From positions 21,104-85,103 of the forward strand of contig CAVXVP010000033.1 of assembly GCA_963765245.1 (NCBI GenBank): 64,000 bases of DNA, in the 5' to 3' direction. The DNA comes from an uncultured Chloroflexia bacterium (lineage in GTDB: Bacteria; Chloroflexota; Limnocylindria; Limnocylindrales; CSP1-4). Within the stretch, counting starts at the first letter, position 1. Each line of letters opens with the position of its first letter. The translations under genes and the position numbers were made by a program. The notes below the pieces were generated by a model. That model had not been told where the DNA came from and searched no databases. It was given only the letters and a program-made list of their open reading frames with translations. Positions 27,518 through 41,936 of the stretch are shown here, piece after piece.

Positions 27518-28459
27518 GTGACGAGGCAGCCCGGCTCGGACGGGACGCCGGGACCGGCCGCGACGGACGGATCCGGTCCTGACGCCGCGCCCGACGCGGT
27601 CGGCGGTGCCCTCGACGTCATCGACCGGTCGATCGGGATGTACGTCGTGCGGCGCCTGACCGGCCGCGGGACGAGCAAGCCCGAGGAGCCAGCTCCGCCG
27701 GTCGTCCTGAGCGCCGATCAGGTCGCGTATCGGATCGGGGCCGTCGGAGCGTCGCGGGCCGGGCAGCTCCGGACACCTGCCGATCCGCCGAGGCCGGCAG
27801 TTCCCCTCGTGGCCGGCACGGCGGCGGCCGCCGCAGCGGCACGCGCGGCCGCCACACAGTCCGCGACCGGGCGTGGGGCCCGCGACGCACGCGCGTCCTC
27901 CAGGCGCGGGCGCGCCGCGTGAGCGACTCGTGCGCAATTCGGGCGTCGCGCTCCTTGCCCTTGCGATGATCGGCCTCGTGGCCGTCGTGCTCTGGCCGCA
28001 CGGCCCGACCGGCGAGCCCGACCAGAGCATCTTCGGGGTCAACCGAACGGTGGTGACGCCCGGACCGACCGGCGAGGTCGACGCAGCGACCGCCGAGCCA
28101 ACAGGCGACACGTCGGCGGGAGCATCCAGAGCCGGAGACCGCGGTGCCGACATCCGATGCGACGTGCGCCGGTCGTCCCCCGCGCGGCGGCGCCCGCCGG
28201 GCAGCCGACCCCGAAGCTCCCCCCGGGCGCGACGCCGAGGCCGACCTCGAGGCGCGCGCCGACCCCGACTCCGACGACGGGCGCGACCCCGACCCCGACG
28301 ACGGGTGCGACCCCGACGCCTGAACCGACACCGACACCGACGCCCCCGGAAGCGACACCGACGCCGACCCAGAAGCCGACACCCGACGCCGACCCGAGCC
28401 GACCCCGACGCCACCGGAACCGACGCCCGACCCCGCCCGATCCAACCCCATCCCCGTGA
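27518..28459 (+). CDS. Hypothetical single-TM protein with a Pro/Thr-rich tail (frameshifted)
   Basis: Coding-like segments in three frames: DVIDRSIGMY, TM segment SGVALLALAMIGLVAVVLW, and a PTPTP run. Confidence 0.5.
28258..28445 (+). repeat. Pro-Thr coding repeat (ccgacn units)
   Basis: Tandem CCGACC/CCGACG/CCGACA hexamers, plus a duplicated TTGATPTP unit. Confidence 0.8.
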
Positions 28460-28511
28460 CGGTCGCGGCAAGTCGCCTCTGCTATACTGCCGCGGCCGTG
28501 TCAGGTCGCCC

Positions 28512-28736
28512 ATGATCGAGCCCGGCCGAGGTTGGGGCTATCTAGTCCTCTTCTCGGAGATCGGCGTCTCACTCCTGGTCACGACGCTGATCGGAGCGCT
28601 CGGTGGCCATTGGGTCGACGAGCGGCTTGGAATGACGTTTCCGGTCTTCATGCTCATCGGGTTCTTCCTCGGCGCCGGAGCCGGGACCGTGATGATCATC
28701 AGACTGGTGAGTCGGTTCCTGAAGTCATTCGATTAG
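28512..28736 (+). CDS. AtpZ/AtpI-family ATP synthase accessory protein
   Basis: 74 aa, two TM helices, GHWVDERLG. First gene of the atp operon. Confidence 0.85.
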   Translation: MIEPGRGWGYLVLFSEIGVSLLVTTLIGALGGHWVDERLGMTFPVFMLIGFFLGAGAGTVMIIRLVSRFLKSFD

Positions 28737-28808
28737 CCGGTCATTCCTCGACCGGTCAGGGAGGATCCGAGCGCGGCGTCAAGCCGCGCTCCTGTGTGTG
28801 GAGCGAGA

Positions 28809-29849
28809 GTGTCGAGCGAGCAGGACGTGACCCCAGAGGTCGCCGAGGCCACAGCACCGCCGCCGAAGCAAGGCCGTGGTCTGTCCTCGCGCTGGTTCCT
28901 GATCATCGGCGCCATCATCGTCTTCAACATCATCGCCTTGATCTTCGTTCCGCCTTTTCCGAAGGAAGGGGCGCCCGGCGACGTCTGCGCATTCCCGGTC
29001 TGCTTCATCGAGGGGACACTCGAGTTCCCGGCTCCGAACGTCGTGTGGGCACCTGAGGGTTCAACGCCGCCGCCGGCCAACGAGCTGATCACCTTCTACC
29101 CGAGCATCAGCTCGACGATCCTGACGATGTGGATCGTCATGGCGATCGTGCTCCTCGTGTCGTTCCTGATGGTCCGTGGCTCGAAGCTGATCCCGGGCCG
29201 CGCCCAGAACGTGTTCGAGTGGTTCTACGAGTTCCTGAGCGACTTCGGTCTTGGCATCGCTGGGCCCGCCGCGAAGCCCTACATCCCGCTCTTCATCGCG
29301 TTCTTCCTGCTGATCCTGTTCTGCAACTGGAGCGGGCTCATCCCGCCGGTCGGGCGGATCGAGGAGCTGCGCGCCCCGACGAGCGACGTCAACATCACGC
29401 TCGGCCTCGCGCTCGTCAGCTTCGTCTACTTCGAGTTCCAGGGCTTCAAACGGCTCGGCGTCGGCGGGTATCTCGGCAAGTTCTTCCCGTTCTACGAGTT
29501 CAAGCACGGGATCGGCGCCGGCGGGATCGCGCTGTTCGTCGGTCTCGTGGAGCTGATGCTCGAGTTCGTCAAGCCCATCACGCTCTCGATGCGACTCTTC
29601 GGCAACATCTACGGCGGCGAGGTCGCGCTCGGCGTCATCACGGCGTTGACGATCGCATTCATCCCGGTCGGCCTGCTCGGCCTCGAGGTGATGCTCAATG
29701 CGATCCAGGCCCTCATCTTCAGCATCCTGACGCTGATCTTCATCGTCCTCGCCATCGAAAGCCACGCGCACGAGGAGGGCGAGGTGGCCGAGGAGGCCCT
29801 CGACGCCCTGCATGGGTCGGAGCCTTCGCAGCTCCAGCCCGCCCACTGA
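28809..29849 (+). CDS. atpB: ATP synthase F0 subunit a
   Basis: PGRAQN, APTSDVN, KPITLSMRLFGNIYGGE, IQALIFSILT. Confidence 0.95.
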   Translation: MSSEQDVTPEVAEATAPPPKQGRGLSSRWFLIIGAIIVFNIIALIFVPPFPKEGAPGDVCAFPVCFIEGTLEFPAPNVVWAPEGSTPPPANELITFYPSISSTILTMWIVMAIVLLVSFLMVRGSKLIPGRAQNVFEWFYEFLSDFGLGIAGPAAKPYIPLFIAFFLLILFCNWSGLIPPVGRIEELRAPTSDVNITLGLALVSFVYFEFQGFKRLGVGGYLGKFFPFYEFKHGIGAGGIALFVGLVELMLEFVKPITLSMRLFGNIYGGEVALGVITALTIAFIPVGLLGLEVMLNAIQALIFSILTLIFIVLAIESHAHEEGEVAEEALDALHGSEPSQLQPAH

Positions 29850-29925
29850 CACGCCGCCCAGGCGTACCAACCAACGGTCTCGATATCTCGTGCCGCAGGC
29901 ACGGGGAACAGGAGGAAGACACGAC

Positions 29926-30144
29926 ATGGATTACACAGGCGCCGGACTCGCAGCCCTTGGCGTTATCGGCCCGGGCATCGGCATCGGCATCCTCGGCGGT
30001 TTGGCGGCTTCCGCCATCGGCCGCAACCCGGACGCTGCCGGACAGATCCGCGGCATCGCGATCATCCTCGCGGCCTTCGCAGAAGGCCTCGGCGTCCTCG
30101 CGATCGTCGTCGGCCTGCTCGCGATCTTCATCCAGCCGGCCTAG
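29926..30144 (+). CDS. atpE: ATP synthase F0 subunit c
   Basis: GPGIGIG, GRNP, AFAEG. Strong GGAGG ribosome-binding site. Confidence 0.95.
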   Translation: MDYTGAGLAALGVIGPGIGIGILGGLAASAIGRNPDAAGQIRGIAIILAAFAEGLGVLAIVVGLLAIFIQPA

Positions 30145-30150
30145 GTCGTC

Positions 30151-30718
30151 GTGGAAGCCTTGGCCGTCGCCACCGGGGCGGGCCAACACGTCGCACGACT
30201 TGCCGCCGAGGGCGACGCCCTGTTCCAGGTCAACCTGTTCTGGGTGATCGTCAGCGCGCTCAACTTCATCCTGTTCTTCATCCTGATCTGGTCGTTCGCG
30301 TTCAAACCCGTGTCGGCCATGCTCAGCGAGCGAAAGTCCAAGATCGAACAGGGTCTCAAGGACGCCGAACAGGCCCGGCGCGATCGGGAGAACGCGGAGC
30401 AGGAGCGCATCACTGCGCTGACAGAGGCTCGCCGCGAGGCGAACGAGATCCTTGCCCGTGCTCAGAAGGTCGCCCAGGAGACGCGTGACGCGGACATCGC
30501 CGCCACCCGCGAGGAGCTCGAGCGCCTGCGCGTCAAGGCCGCCGGCGAGATCGAGGCCGAGAAGACCCGTGCCATCCAGGAGGTCCGCGGCGAGGTCGCC
30601 GATCTGGCCCTCCTCGCGGCGAGCAAGGTCCTCGGCGAGATCGATGACCGACGAGCGTCAGCGCCGCCTGGTCGACGAGTTCCTGCGGACGTCCGGCGTC
30701 GGGGATTCGAAGAACTGA
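30151..30718 (+). CDS. atpF: ATP synthase F0 subunit b (frameshift near 30643)
   Basis: [17 protein letters not shown], then a coiled coil ending QRRLVDEFL. Confidence 0.93.
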
Positions 30719-31263
30719 TGGCCCGCCGAGAATCGGCTGCACGTCGCTACGCGGAGGCCGCCTTCGAGGTGGCCACGCGCGACGACGCCCTCGAGGCATG
30801 GCGGACCGAGCTCGACATGGCCGCGGACGTCGTGACCGACGAGCGCGTCGGGCGGATGCTCGCCAACCCGGCGGTGCCACTCGAGCAGCGCACCGAGATG
30901 GCCAAGTCCATCTTCGGGAAGTCGGTCAGCAAGCCCGTGCTCAACCTGATCGGCTTGATGCTGCGGCGCGGCCGTATCCACGAGCTGCCCAGGCTCGCCG
31001 CCGAATTCCGACGGCTCGACAACGCCCGCCAGGGCATCACCGAAGCCACTGCCATCACCGCCTCGCCGTTGACCCAGGACGAGATCCGCGCCCTGACCGA
31101 GCGGCTGGAAAAGTTGACCGGCGGTCGCATCGAACTCGAGGTCCAGGAAGATCCCAGCCTGCTGGGTGGCCTGGTCGTCCGAGTCGGCGACCGCATGATC
31201 GACGGAAGCGTCCGCGGCCGCCTCGAGCGACTCCGGAACCAGCTCGTTTCGGGCACCCTCTAG
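30718..31263 (+). CDS. atpH: ATP synthase F1 subunit delta
   Basis: [27 protein letters not shown]. Confidence 0.95.
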   Translation: MARRESAARRYAEAAFEVATRDDALEAWRTELDMAADVVTDERVGRMLANPAVPLEQRTEMAKSIFGKSVSKPVLNLIGLMLRRGRIHELPRLAAEFRRLDNARQGITEATAITASPLTQDEIRALTERLEKLTGGRIELEVQEDPSLLGGLVVRVGDRMIDGSVRGRLERLRNQLVSGTL

Positions 31264-31277
31264 GAGAACTGACACCG

Positions 31278-32970
<1,693 letters not shown>

Positions 32971-33014
32971 ACATGACGACCGCGCGGTCGCCGCAGGTGG
33001 CCGAGGATCTAGCG

Positions 33015-33866
33015 ATGGCTAGCCAGCGAGATATCCGCCGACGGATCGGCTCCGTCAAGAACATCAAGCAGATCACCCGTGCCATGCAGTTCGTGGCCGC
33101 TTCGAAGCTGAAGCGCGCCCAGGACGCGACGCTGGCGGCGCGGCCGTACAGCGAGAAGCTGGACGAGGTCCTTGCCGACCTCGCCGCGGTCCTCGGCCAG
33201 GAAGACCATCCGCTGCTGGCCGCGCCCAAGGAGGGCAAGCGGCTGATCGTGCTGATCACGACCGACCGACCGCTGTCGGGGCCGCTCAACACGAACATCG
33301 TTCGCTTCGTGGCCCGCGACATCATCGACAACCCGGGTGACGTGGCCGTCATCACCGTCGGGCGCAAGGGCCGCGATGCGATGCGCCGGACCGGCGTGCC
33401 GCTCGAGGCACATTTCGCGACCTACGGCGATCGCCCGACCTTCGCCGATGTATTGCCGCTCGCCCGCCTCGTGACCGACGACTTCCTTGCCGGCACATAT
33501 GCCCGTGTCGACATCGTCTACAGCCTGTGGGTCTCGACGCTCGTCCAGCGGCCCACCTCGCTGACGATCCTGCCGATCCAGCCGGCCGAGGACACCGAGG
33601 GCATCCCCGGCAACCAGTTCATCTTCGAACCCAGCGCATCGGCGGTGCTGGAGCGGCTCCTTCCCCGGTACGTGGCGACGCGCCTCTTCCAGACCGTGCT
33701 CGAGGCCAAGGCCAGCGAGGAGTCGAGCCGGATGGTCGCGATGAAGAACGCGACCGAGAACGCCGAAGAGCTCATCGAGGACCTGACCCTCTCCTACAAC
33801 AAGGTCCGCCAGGCCAACATCACCCGCGAGATGATCGAGATCGCGTCCGGCGCGGAAGCGCGTTGA
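33015..33866 (+). CDS. atpG: ATP synthase F1 subunit gamma
   Basis: [38 protein letters not shown]. Confidence 0.96.
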   Translation: MASQRDIRRRIGSVKNIKQITRAMQFVAASKLKRAQDATLAARPYSEKLDEVLADLAAVLGQEDHPLLAAPKEGKRLIVLITTDRPLSGPLNTNIVRFVARDIIDNPGDVAVITVGRKGRDAMRRTGVPLEAHFATYGDRPTFADVLPLARLVTDDFLAGTYARVDIVYSLWVSTLVQRPTSLTILPIQPAEDTEGIPGNQFIFEPSASAVLERLLPRYVATRLFQTVLEAKASEESSRMVAMKNATENAEELIEDLTLSYNKVRQANITREMIEIASGAEAR

Positions 33867-35306
<1,440 letters not shown>

Positions 35307-35309
35307 GCC

Positions 35310-35741
35310 ATGCCTCTCCTGCTCGAGATCGTGACCCCGGAGCGCCTTGCCTATTCGGACACGGTCGATTCGGTCCAGCTGCCCGGCGTCGAGGGCGAGC
35401 TGGGGGTCCTGCCGCACCACGCGCCGCTCGTCTCGATGCTCGGCGTCGGCGAGTTGCGCATCCGGAAGGGCGGCTCAGAGGAGTCGTTCGCGATCGCCGG
35501 CGGGTTCCTCCAGGTCCGGCCGGACCGCGTCGTCGTCATGGCCGAGACGGCGGACCTCGCAAGCGAGATCGACCTGGAGAAGGCGCAGGAAGCCCGCCGT
35601 GAGGCCGAACGCGCTCTCGAGGGCGCCGCGCCGACGGATACCGTCGACCTGGCCGCCGCGCGAGCGCAGCTCCAGACGGCACTCCTCCGGATCCGCGTTG
35701 CCGAGCGCCGACACCGCGAGGGTCCGCGGCGCCGCGGCTGA
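35310..35741 (+). CDS. atpC: ATP synthase F1 subunit epsilon
   Basis: LEIVTPE, GELGVLPHHAP, GGF. Confidence 0.96.
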   Translation: MPLLLEIVTPERLAYSDTVDSVQLPGVEGELGVLPHHAPLVSMLGVGELRIRKGGSEESFAIAGGFLQVRPDRVVVMAETADLASEIDLEKAQEARREAERALEGAAPTDTVDLAAARAQLQTALLRIRVAERRHREGPRRRG

Positions 35742-35757
35742 CGCCGCACAACACAGG

Positions 35758-37104
35758 ATGGCCGACGCCAAGCCGTTCCATTGGGAGTACAACCCAGAAC
35801 CGGTCGCCAGGGAGGTGTTCCGGGTCGAGGGCGGTCACGCGTTGTCCGGGACCGTGCCGATCAGTGGCGCCAAGAACGCCGCGCTCAAGCTGCTCGCGGC
35901 CGCGACGCTGACCGGTGAGCGTTGCCGGTTCACCAACGTTCCCGAGATCGAGGACGTGCGGGTCATGGCCGAGACGCTGCGCGACCTCGGTGTCGTCGTC
36001 GATCATCCCGCCGACAACGTCTACGAGGTCGCCTCGGGCGACGTCGAGTGGCTCTTCGTTCCGCTCGAGGCGGCCGCCCGGATGCGCGCCAGCTTCATGC
36101 TCCTGGGGCCGCTGCTGACACGCTTCGGGCGGGTCATCATCAGCAACCCGGGCGGCGACCGGATCGGGCGGCGGCCAGTCGACCTCCACGTCGAGGCGAT
36201 GCGCGCCCTGGGGGCCTCGATCGAGTACCGCAACGGCTACTACTTCGCGACGTCGCCCGGGCGACTGCGCGGTGGCGAGGTCCGCTTCCCGTTCGTGTCG
36301 GTCATGGGCACGGAGAACGCGATGCTGGCGGCGACCCTGGCCGAGGGCACCAGCGTCATCCGGCCGGCTGCCCAGGAGCCCGAGGTCGATGACCTGATCG
36401 CATTCCTCCAGGCGATGGGCGCCGCCGTCGAGCGGACCTTCCCCGACACCATCGAGATCGAGGGGCGCAAGCGCCTCCGCGGCGCGGAGCACCGGGTGAT
36501 CCCGGATCGGATCGAGGCCGGGACGTTCATCACGGCCGCTGCCGTGACCGGCGGCAAGATCACTCTTCAGGGAGCGTCCTGCGACCACCTCGAGGCGTTC
36601 ATCGCGGCGGCCGATCGGGTCGGTGTCGGCCTTGGCTGCAGCGCCGACACGATCGAGGTCGACGGTTCCGCCCTTCGCGCCGGCGGCTACACGGCGACCG
36701 ACATCGAGACGGCGCCGTACCCCGGCCTGGCGACCGACCTCCAGCCGCCGACCTCCGTGCTGCTCTCCCAGGCGACCGGCGTCTCGCACGTGCATGAAGC
36801 GATCTTCGAGGACCGCCTCGAGTGGCTCAGCGAGGTCCGCCGGATGGGTGCGACCGTCGAGATGCCCGACGCCCACCACGCCACGATCCACGGACCGGCC
36901 CGGCTCGTCGGGGCCGAGGTGGAGATCGGCGACCTGCGCGCTGGCGCGTCGCTGATCCTTGCCGCCCTGGCCGCCGAGGGCACGACCACCATCCACGGTG
37001 CGCACCACGTTCACCGGGGCTATGAGAACATCGAGCGCAAGTTCCTCGACCTCGGGGCGAAGATCACGAGCAGCGCGGAAGGGACAGCAGACACCCCCTC
37101 ATGA
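35758..37104 (+). CDS. murA: UDP-N-acetylglucosamine 1-carboxyvinyltransferase
   Basis: [48 protein letters not shown]. Confidence 0.95.
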   Translation: MADAKPFHWEYNPEPVAREVFRVEGGHALSGTVPISGAKNAALKLLAAATLTGERCRFTNVPEIEDVRVMAETLRDLGVVVDHPADNVYEVASGDVEWLFVPLEAAARMRASFMLLGPLLTRFGRVIISNPGGDRIGRRPVDLHVEAMRALGASIEYRNGYYFATSPGRLRGGEVRFPFVSVMGTENAMLAATLAEGTSVIRPAAQEPEVDDLIAFLQAMGAAVERTFPDTIEIEGRKRLRGAEHRVIPDRIEAGTFITAAAVTGGKITLQGASCDHLEAFIAAADRVGVGLGCSADTIEVDGSALRAGGYTATDIETAPYPGLATDLQPPTSVLLSQATGVSHVHEAIFEDRLEWLSEVRRMGATVEMPDAHHATIHGPARLVGAEVEIGDLRAGASLILAALAAEGTTTIHGAHHVHRGYENIERKFLDLGAKITSSAEGTADTPS

Positions 37105-38099
37105 AGATCGGCATCGACCTCGGCACCGCCAATGTCCTCGTGTACGTCAAGGGCAAGGGCATCGTCATCACCGAGCCCAGCGTGGTGGCCGTCTCCGATG
37201 ACAACCGGATCGTCGCGGTGGGGGAAGAGGCGCGCGAGATGATCGGCCGGACCCCCGGCAACATCCACGCCATCCGCCCGATGAAGGACGGCGTCATCGC
37301 CGACTACGTCATCACCGAGGCGATGCTCAGCCACTTCATCGGCAAGGTCCGCAAGGGCCGGGTGGGGTTCGGGAAGCCCGAGGTCATGATCTCGGTGCCC
37401 GCTGGCGTGACCAGCGTCGAGAAGCGGGCCGTTCGCGACGCGGCGCTCAAGGCCGGGGCCAAGGAGGCGTACCTCATCGAGGAGCCGCTGGCCGCCGCGA
37501 TCGGCGCCAACGTGCCGATCAGCGGACCATCCGGGAACATGATCATCGACATCGGCGGCGGGACCAGCGAGATCGCGGTCATCGCCCTCGGCGGGATCGT
37601 CGTGTCGCACAGCCTGCGCGTCGGTGGCAACCGATTCGACGAGGCGATCGCGACCTACATCCGCAAGAAGTACAACCTGATGGTCGGCGAGCGGACGGCG
37701 GAGGAGGTCAAGATCCAGATCGGGACCGCCCTCCCGCTCGAGCGCGAGCTGACCATGGAGGTCCGCGGCCGCGACCTGATCGCCGGCCTTCCGCGCACGA
37801 TCCCGATCACCAGCAGCGAGGTCATGGAGGCGATCGAGACGCCGCTCCAGCAGCTGGTCGCCGCCGTTCGATCCGTGCTCGAGCAGACGCCGCCTGAGCT
37901 GTCCTCGGACATCATCGACAAGGGCATGGTGATGTCAGGCGGCGGCGCCCTCCTGCGCAACGTGGACAAGCTGCTGACCCAGGTGACCGGCGTTCCGTGC
38001 CACGTCGCCGAGAACCCTCTGAATTGCGTCGCGCTCGGCACCGGGCTCGCACTCGAACACTTCGACTTCTTCAAAAAGTCGTTGGTCCAGCAAGTCTGA
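37101..38099 (+). CDS. mreB: Actin-like rod shape protein MreB/Mbl
   Basis: [31 protein letters not shown]. Confidence 0.95.
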   Translation: MKIGIDLGTANVLVYVKGKGIVITEPSVVAVSDDNRIVAVGEEAREMIGRTPGNIHAIRPMKDGVIADYVITEAMLSHFIGKVRKGRVGFGKPEVMISVPAGVTSVEKRAVRDAALKAGAKEAYLIEEPLAAAIGANVPISGPSGNMIIDIGGGTSEIAVIALGGIVVSHSLRVGGNRFDEAIATYIRKKYNLMVGERTAEEVKIQIGTALPLERELTMEVRGRDLIAGLPRTIPITSSEVMEAIETPLQQLVAAVRSVLEQTPPELSSDIIDKGMVMSGGGALLRNVDKLLTQVTGVPCHVAENPLNCVALGTGLALEHFDFFKKSLVQQV

Positions 38100-38105
38100 G
38101 GCGAC

Positions 38106-38819
38106 ATGACCCGCGCGTTCATCGACCTGCATTGCCACTCGAAGGGGAGCTTCGACTGTCTGTCCGACCCGCGGGACATCGTCAAGGCTGCGAGTGACCG
38201 GGGACTGACCCACGTGGTGATCACGGACCATGACCGGATCGATGTCGCCCTCGCTGCTCGGGAGATCGCGCCTGCCGGTCTGACCGTCATCGTCGGGGAG
38301 GAAGTGAAGACCACCGACGGGGACCTGATCTGCGTTTTCCTCGACCGCGCCATCCCGCCAGGGCTGTCGGCGGTGGAGACGATCGCGGCGGCTCGTGAGC
38401 AGGGCGGTCTGGTCGGCATCCCGCATCCGTTCGATCGGATGAGGGGATCGCTGCTGCGCGATGCCTCGATGGCCAGCCTGGCGCCGCTCGTCGACTGGGT
38501 CGAGACCCACAACGCGCGCGTCGTCGGGCATGGCAACGAGGACGCGCAAGCGTTCGCGCTCGAGCACGGTCTTCCCGGCGTGTCGGTCTCCGACGCGCAT
38601 TCGATCATGGAGGTCGGCGTCGCCTACACCGCACTCGATGGCGATCCGTCCACCGCGGCTGGGCTTCTCGCCGCGCTCCAGAGCGCCGAGATCGTCCCGG
38701 GGCGCGCGACCTTCTTCGTGCGCCTCTGGACACCGATAGCGAAAGGCGTCAACCGCATCCGTGGGAACGGCCGCGTCCAGCCCGTCCACGCCGCTCGATC
38801 TCCGGACCGGCCGGGGTGA
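38106..38819 (+). CDS. PHP-domain phosphoesterase
   Basis: DLHCHS, ITDHD, GEEV, PHPF, SDAH. Confidence 0.9.
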   Translation: MTRAFIDLHCHSKGSFDCLSDPRDIVKAASDRGLTHVVITDHDRIDVALAAREIAPAGLTVIVGEEVKTTDGDLICVFLDRAIPPGLSAVETIAAAREQGGLVGIPHPFDRMRGSLLRDASMASLAPLVDWVETHNARVVGHGNEDAQAFALEHGLPGVSVSDAHSIMEVGVAYTALDGDPSTAAGLLAALQSAEIVPGRATFFVRLWTPIAKGVNRIRGNGRVQPVHAARSPDRPG

Positions 38820-40036
38820 GCGACCAGATGGGCCCGACCGGCACCGACGGAGACGATCGGCAGGACCATCGTCAGGGGGCCGACCCGGAGGCCGGTTCGG
38901 TAGGGTCTGGTGCGATGGAGTCGACGCCTGCGCTGAACGCGCCGATCACGCACCACGAGCCCGAATCGCTGATCGACGCCCTCGAGGATGAACCGACCGA
39001 GGTCGCCCCGATCTCACTCGGAAAGCGACTGACCCAGCCGCGGACGATCCTCTCGATCATCGTGCCGCTGGCGATCATCGGCTTCTTCCTGTACCTCAAT
39101 CGCGAACGCCTCGCGGCGGTCCCGGAGCTGATCCTCCAGGCGAACCCCGCCCTCGTCCTGCTCGCGGCGCTCGTGTTCTACCTCGGTTTCCCGTTGCGTG
39201 GGTATCGCTGGAAGCGGCTCCTCCAGGAGACCGGCTTCATCATCGGCTTGCGCGACTCGGTCGAGATCCTGTACATCTCGTGGTTCGTCAACTGCGTCGT
39301 GCCGGCCAAGCTCGGCGACGTCTACCGCGCCTACCTGCTCAAGATGAACAGTGACGCATCGTTGAGCCGAACCTTCGGGACGGTCTTCATCGAGCGCATC
39401 CTCGACATCTTCGCTATCGCGATCCTGGGGCTCGCGGCCGGCTTCTGGAGCTTCCGCGACGGGATGCCGCCGGCCATCCGGCTCGTGTTCATCGTCGGCA
39501 TCGTGGTCGTGGTGGTCGCCGCGATCGGCCTGTTCACGATGCGCAACTTCGGACGGAGGATCATCGTGCGGCTGCCGCTGCCGCCGCGGATCCTCGAGCT
39601 CTACGAACGATTCGAGGAGGGCGTCTTCGGGGCGATCGGTCTCAAGCACCTCCCGACCCTCGCCATCGTCACCGGCCTGATCTGGCTGACCGAGGGACTG
39701 CGCCTCTACATCGTGGTCCAGGCATTCGGCTTCCCCGACGTCGAGATCGGTCTATCGGGGGCCATCTTCGTCGCCCTCATCGGCTCGCTGCTGACGGCGA
39801 TCCCGCTCAGCCCGGCCGGTCTCGGCTTCGCCCAAGCCGGTGTCATCGGCGTCCTGACGGTCGCCTACGGGATCCCGCTCGCTGAGGCGACCGCGATCAC
39901 GATCCTCGACTGGGTGATCAGCGTCCTCTCGATCATCGTGTTCGGCGCCGTCCTGTACGTCGTCTCGCCGATGCCGCGCGGGATGGGCCACATCGTCCAA
40001 CCACCGACGGCAAAACCGGCGGCGACGGCGGCCTGA
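38816..40036 (+). CDS. Lysylphosphatidylglycerol synthase TM-domain (UPF0104, flippase-like) protein
   Basis: RGYRW, NCVVPAKLGDVYR, ERILD, IPLSPAGLG. Confidence 0.85.
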   Translation: MSDQMGPTGTDGDDRQDHRQGADPEAGSVGSGAMESTPALNAPITHHEPESLIDALEDEPTEVAPISLGKRLTQPRTILSIIVPLAIIGFFLYLNRERLAAVPELILQANPALVLLAALVFYLGFPLRGYRWKRLLQETGFIIGLRDSVEILYISWFVNCVVPAKLGDVYRAYLLKMNSDASLSRTFGTVFIERILDIFAIAILGLAAGFWSFRDGMPPAIRLVFIVGIVVVVVAAIGLFTMRNFGRRIIVRLPLPPRILELYERFEEGVFGAIGLKHLPTLAIVTGLIWLTEGLRLYIVVQAFGFPDVEIGLSGAIFVALIGSLLTAIPLSPAGLGFAQAGVIGVLTVAYGIPLAEATAITILDWVISVLSIIVFGAVLYVVSPMPRGMGHIVQPPTAKPAATAA

Positions 40037-40288
40037 GGCCCCGGATCGCCGTACCGCCGACCTCGGTCGTGATCCGATCCGTGCTGCCAGACGTACAAAG
40101 GTCAGGGGGCCTGTGTCCGACGAGTCCATGCCAAACATGGATTCAATACACCGGACCGCTACGGTTCTTGCATGGAACCCGAAACGCGACCGGTACCAAC
40201 GGGTGATACAGACGTCCGCACGCCCCGCCGATAGTTACTGCAGCGAAACCTCCATTCGCTGGATCCCAACGGAGCGCCCAGGCAGCAT

Positions 40289-40810
40289 ATGACCACCCAG
40301 AACGGCCGAGCGTTCAACGAATGGCTTCGAGCCCAGCTCAAGGCCAAGAAGATGTCGCAACGGCAGCTCGCTCAGCAATCGGGCGTGGACCATTCCACGA
40401 TCTCCCGGCTGATCCGTGGCGACCGCATGCCGTCGCTCGGGACAGCCACCAAGCTCGCCCGCGGCCTTCGCGAGTTGCGCGATGACGCGGACACGCCGCA
40501 GTACCTCGGTCTGGTCGCGGCCGGCAACACGAATCCAACCGCGCGGGTCGAATACGCGCTCCGCGCCGACGAGCTCCTGAGCGAACCGCAGGTTCGCCAG
40601 ATCATGGAGTACTACCTCGCCGTACGGATGCGCCGCTACGGCCGAACCTTCCAGCCGCACGAGGCGAGCAACGGGTCCGATCGGACTCCCGAGCGAACCC
40701 CGGGGCGGACGACCGCCTCAGCCAGTCCGGTCGGGGTCGGGGTCGGGTCCACCATCAGCACGGTGCGCCCGGTCTCACGCACATCGAGCCGGGAACCGGG
40801 GCGTTACTGA
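40289..40810 (+). CDS. XRE-family HTH transcriptional regulator
   Basis: MSQRQLAQQSGVDHSTISRLIRGDRMPS. Confidence 0.88.
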   Translation: MTTQNGRAFNEWLRAQLKAKKMSQRQLAQQSGVDHSTISRLIRGDRMPSLGTATKLARGLRELRDDADTPQYLGLVAAGNTNPTARVEYALRADELLSEPQVRQIMEYYLAVRMRRYGRTFQPHEASNGSDRTPERTPGRTTASASPVGVGVGSTISTVRPVSRTSSREPGRY

Positions 40811-40864
40811 GCACACACCAGGGCACGACCCGGATTCGCCCTCCACGGTCCGGGTCTCGGGGCA

Positions 40865-40897
40865 GCGAACGCCGGCGTCTGGGGCGCCGGCGTTCGC
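40865..40897. terminator. Strong hairpin after the XRE gene (no U-tract)
   Basis: GCGAACGCCGGCG-N7-CGCCGGCGTTCGC, a perfect 13-bp stem. Confidence 0.5.
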
Positions 40898-41152
40898 GAT
40901 TCCCGGCGGCCGATTGCGGCAGCTAGGCTCGCGGTCCCCAAGTTGGTCCGGCCCGAGCCGATCCGCCTGGCCGAGCGCCCAAGACACCTTGGCCGGGCAA
41001 ATGCTGGCCCCACCAGCAAGATCGGGTTTGGATGGGCATAAGGACCTCTGAGCAGCCCATGCCACGCTCAACGGCGTGCCACCGCGTTCCGAACCGACGG
41101 CGTTGAGCCGGGTTATCGCCACGTAAGTCCCATATGTGATGGTCCCAGCAGC

Positions 41153-41936
41153 ATGGACCGACATAGGCGTACCGGTTTCGAGTTGGATGGCAGCGTCGAG
41201 GCGGCCTCGATCGCCGGGTCACTCGGGCGCGACCTCAGAGCGACGGCCAGACGACGCCGATTGACTCAGGCCGAAATCGGGCGACGGGTCGGATTGAGCG
41301 GCCCGCGGATCGGCGAGATCCAACGCGGCCAAGGCGCGAGCGCGTCACTCGAGACCTGGGTCAAGCTCGGCAAGGCGGTCGGTCGACCGCTGGCCGTGTC
41401 GTTCTCGCGCGACATCGATGCCGCGAGAACCGCGCGACGCCGGTCACTTGGCGGCGCAAGAGCTGGTCCTAGGTCTGGCGCGACGCCACGGTCGCCGCGC
41501 CGACTTCGAGTTGCCGACGAGACCCTCCGACCCGGCGCGGTCGATCGACGTTGCCCTTCGCGACGATCCTGCACGCGCTCTGATCGTGGTCGAGATCTGG
41601 AACCGGCTCGATGACGTTGGAAGGGCGGCAAGGGCCACGTCGCGAAAGGCGATCGAGGCCGAAGGACCGGCTGTGGTCGCCGCCCGAACCGGCCCCGCCT
41701 ACCGCGTCGCATTGTGCTGGCTCCTGGTCGACACGGCCGCGAACCGCCGGCTCGTGGCCCGATACCCGGAGATCCTTCAGAGCCGATTCCCGGGATCGTC
41801 ACTCGGCTGGGTCAGATGCCTAGGCGAAGGCTCGCCGCCCCCGGACGAGGCCGGGATCGCCTGGATCGACCCGCGAGCCGGCCGGATCGTGCCGTTGCGC
41901 TTCCGCTATCGCGCAAACGCCAGCGCGCCCCGATAG
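41153..41936 (+). CDS. XRE HTH fused to a putative PD-(D/E)XK-like domain (frameshift near 41425)
   Basis: LTQAEIGRRVGLSGPRIGEIQRG, then SIDVAL...LIVVEIW in the second frame. Confidence 0.6.

Noticed and set aside
30151-31263. Mycobacterial-style b-delta fusion
   Set aside because: The junction is out of frame (DDRRASAPP). The proper b C-terminus ends at TGA 30718, overlapping the atpH ATG.
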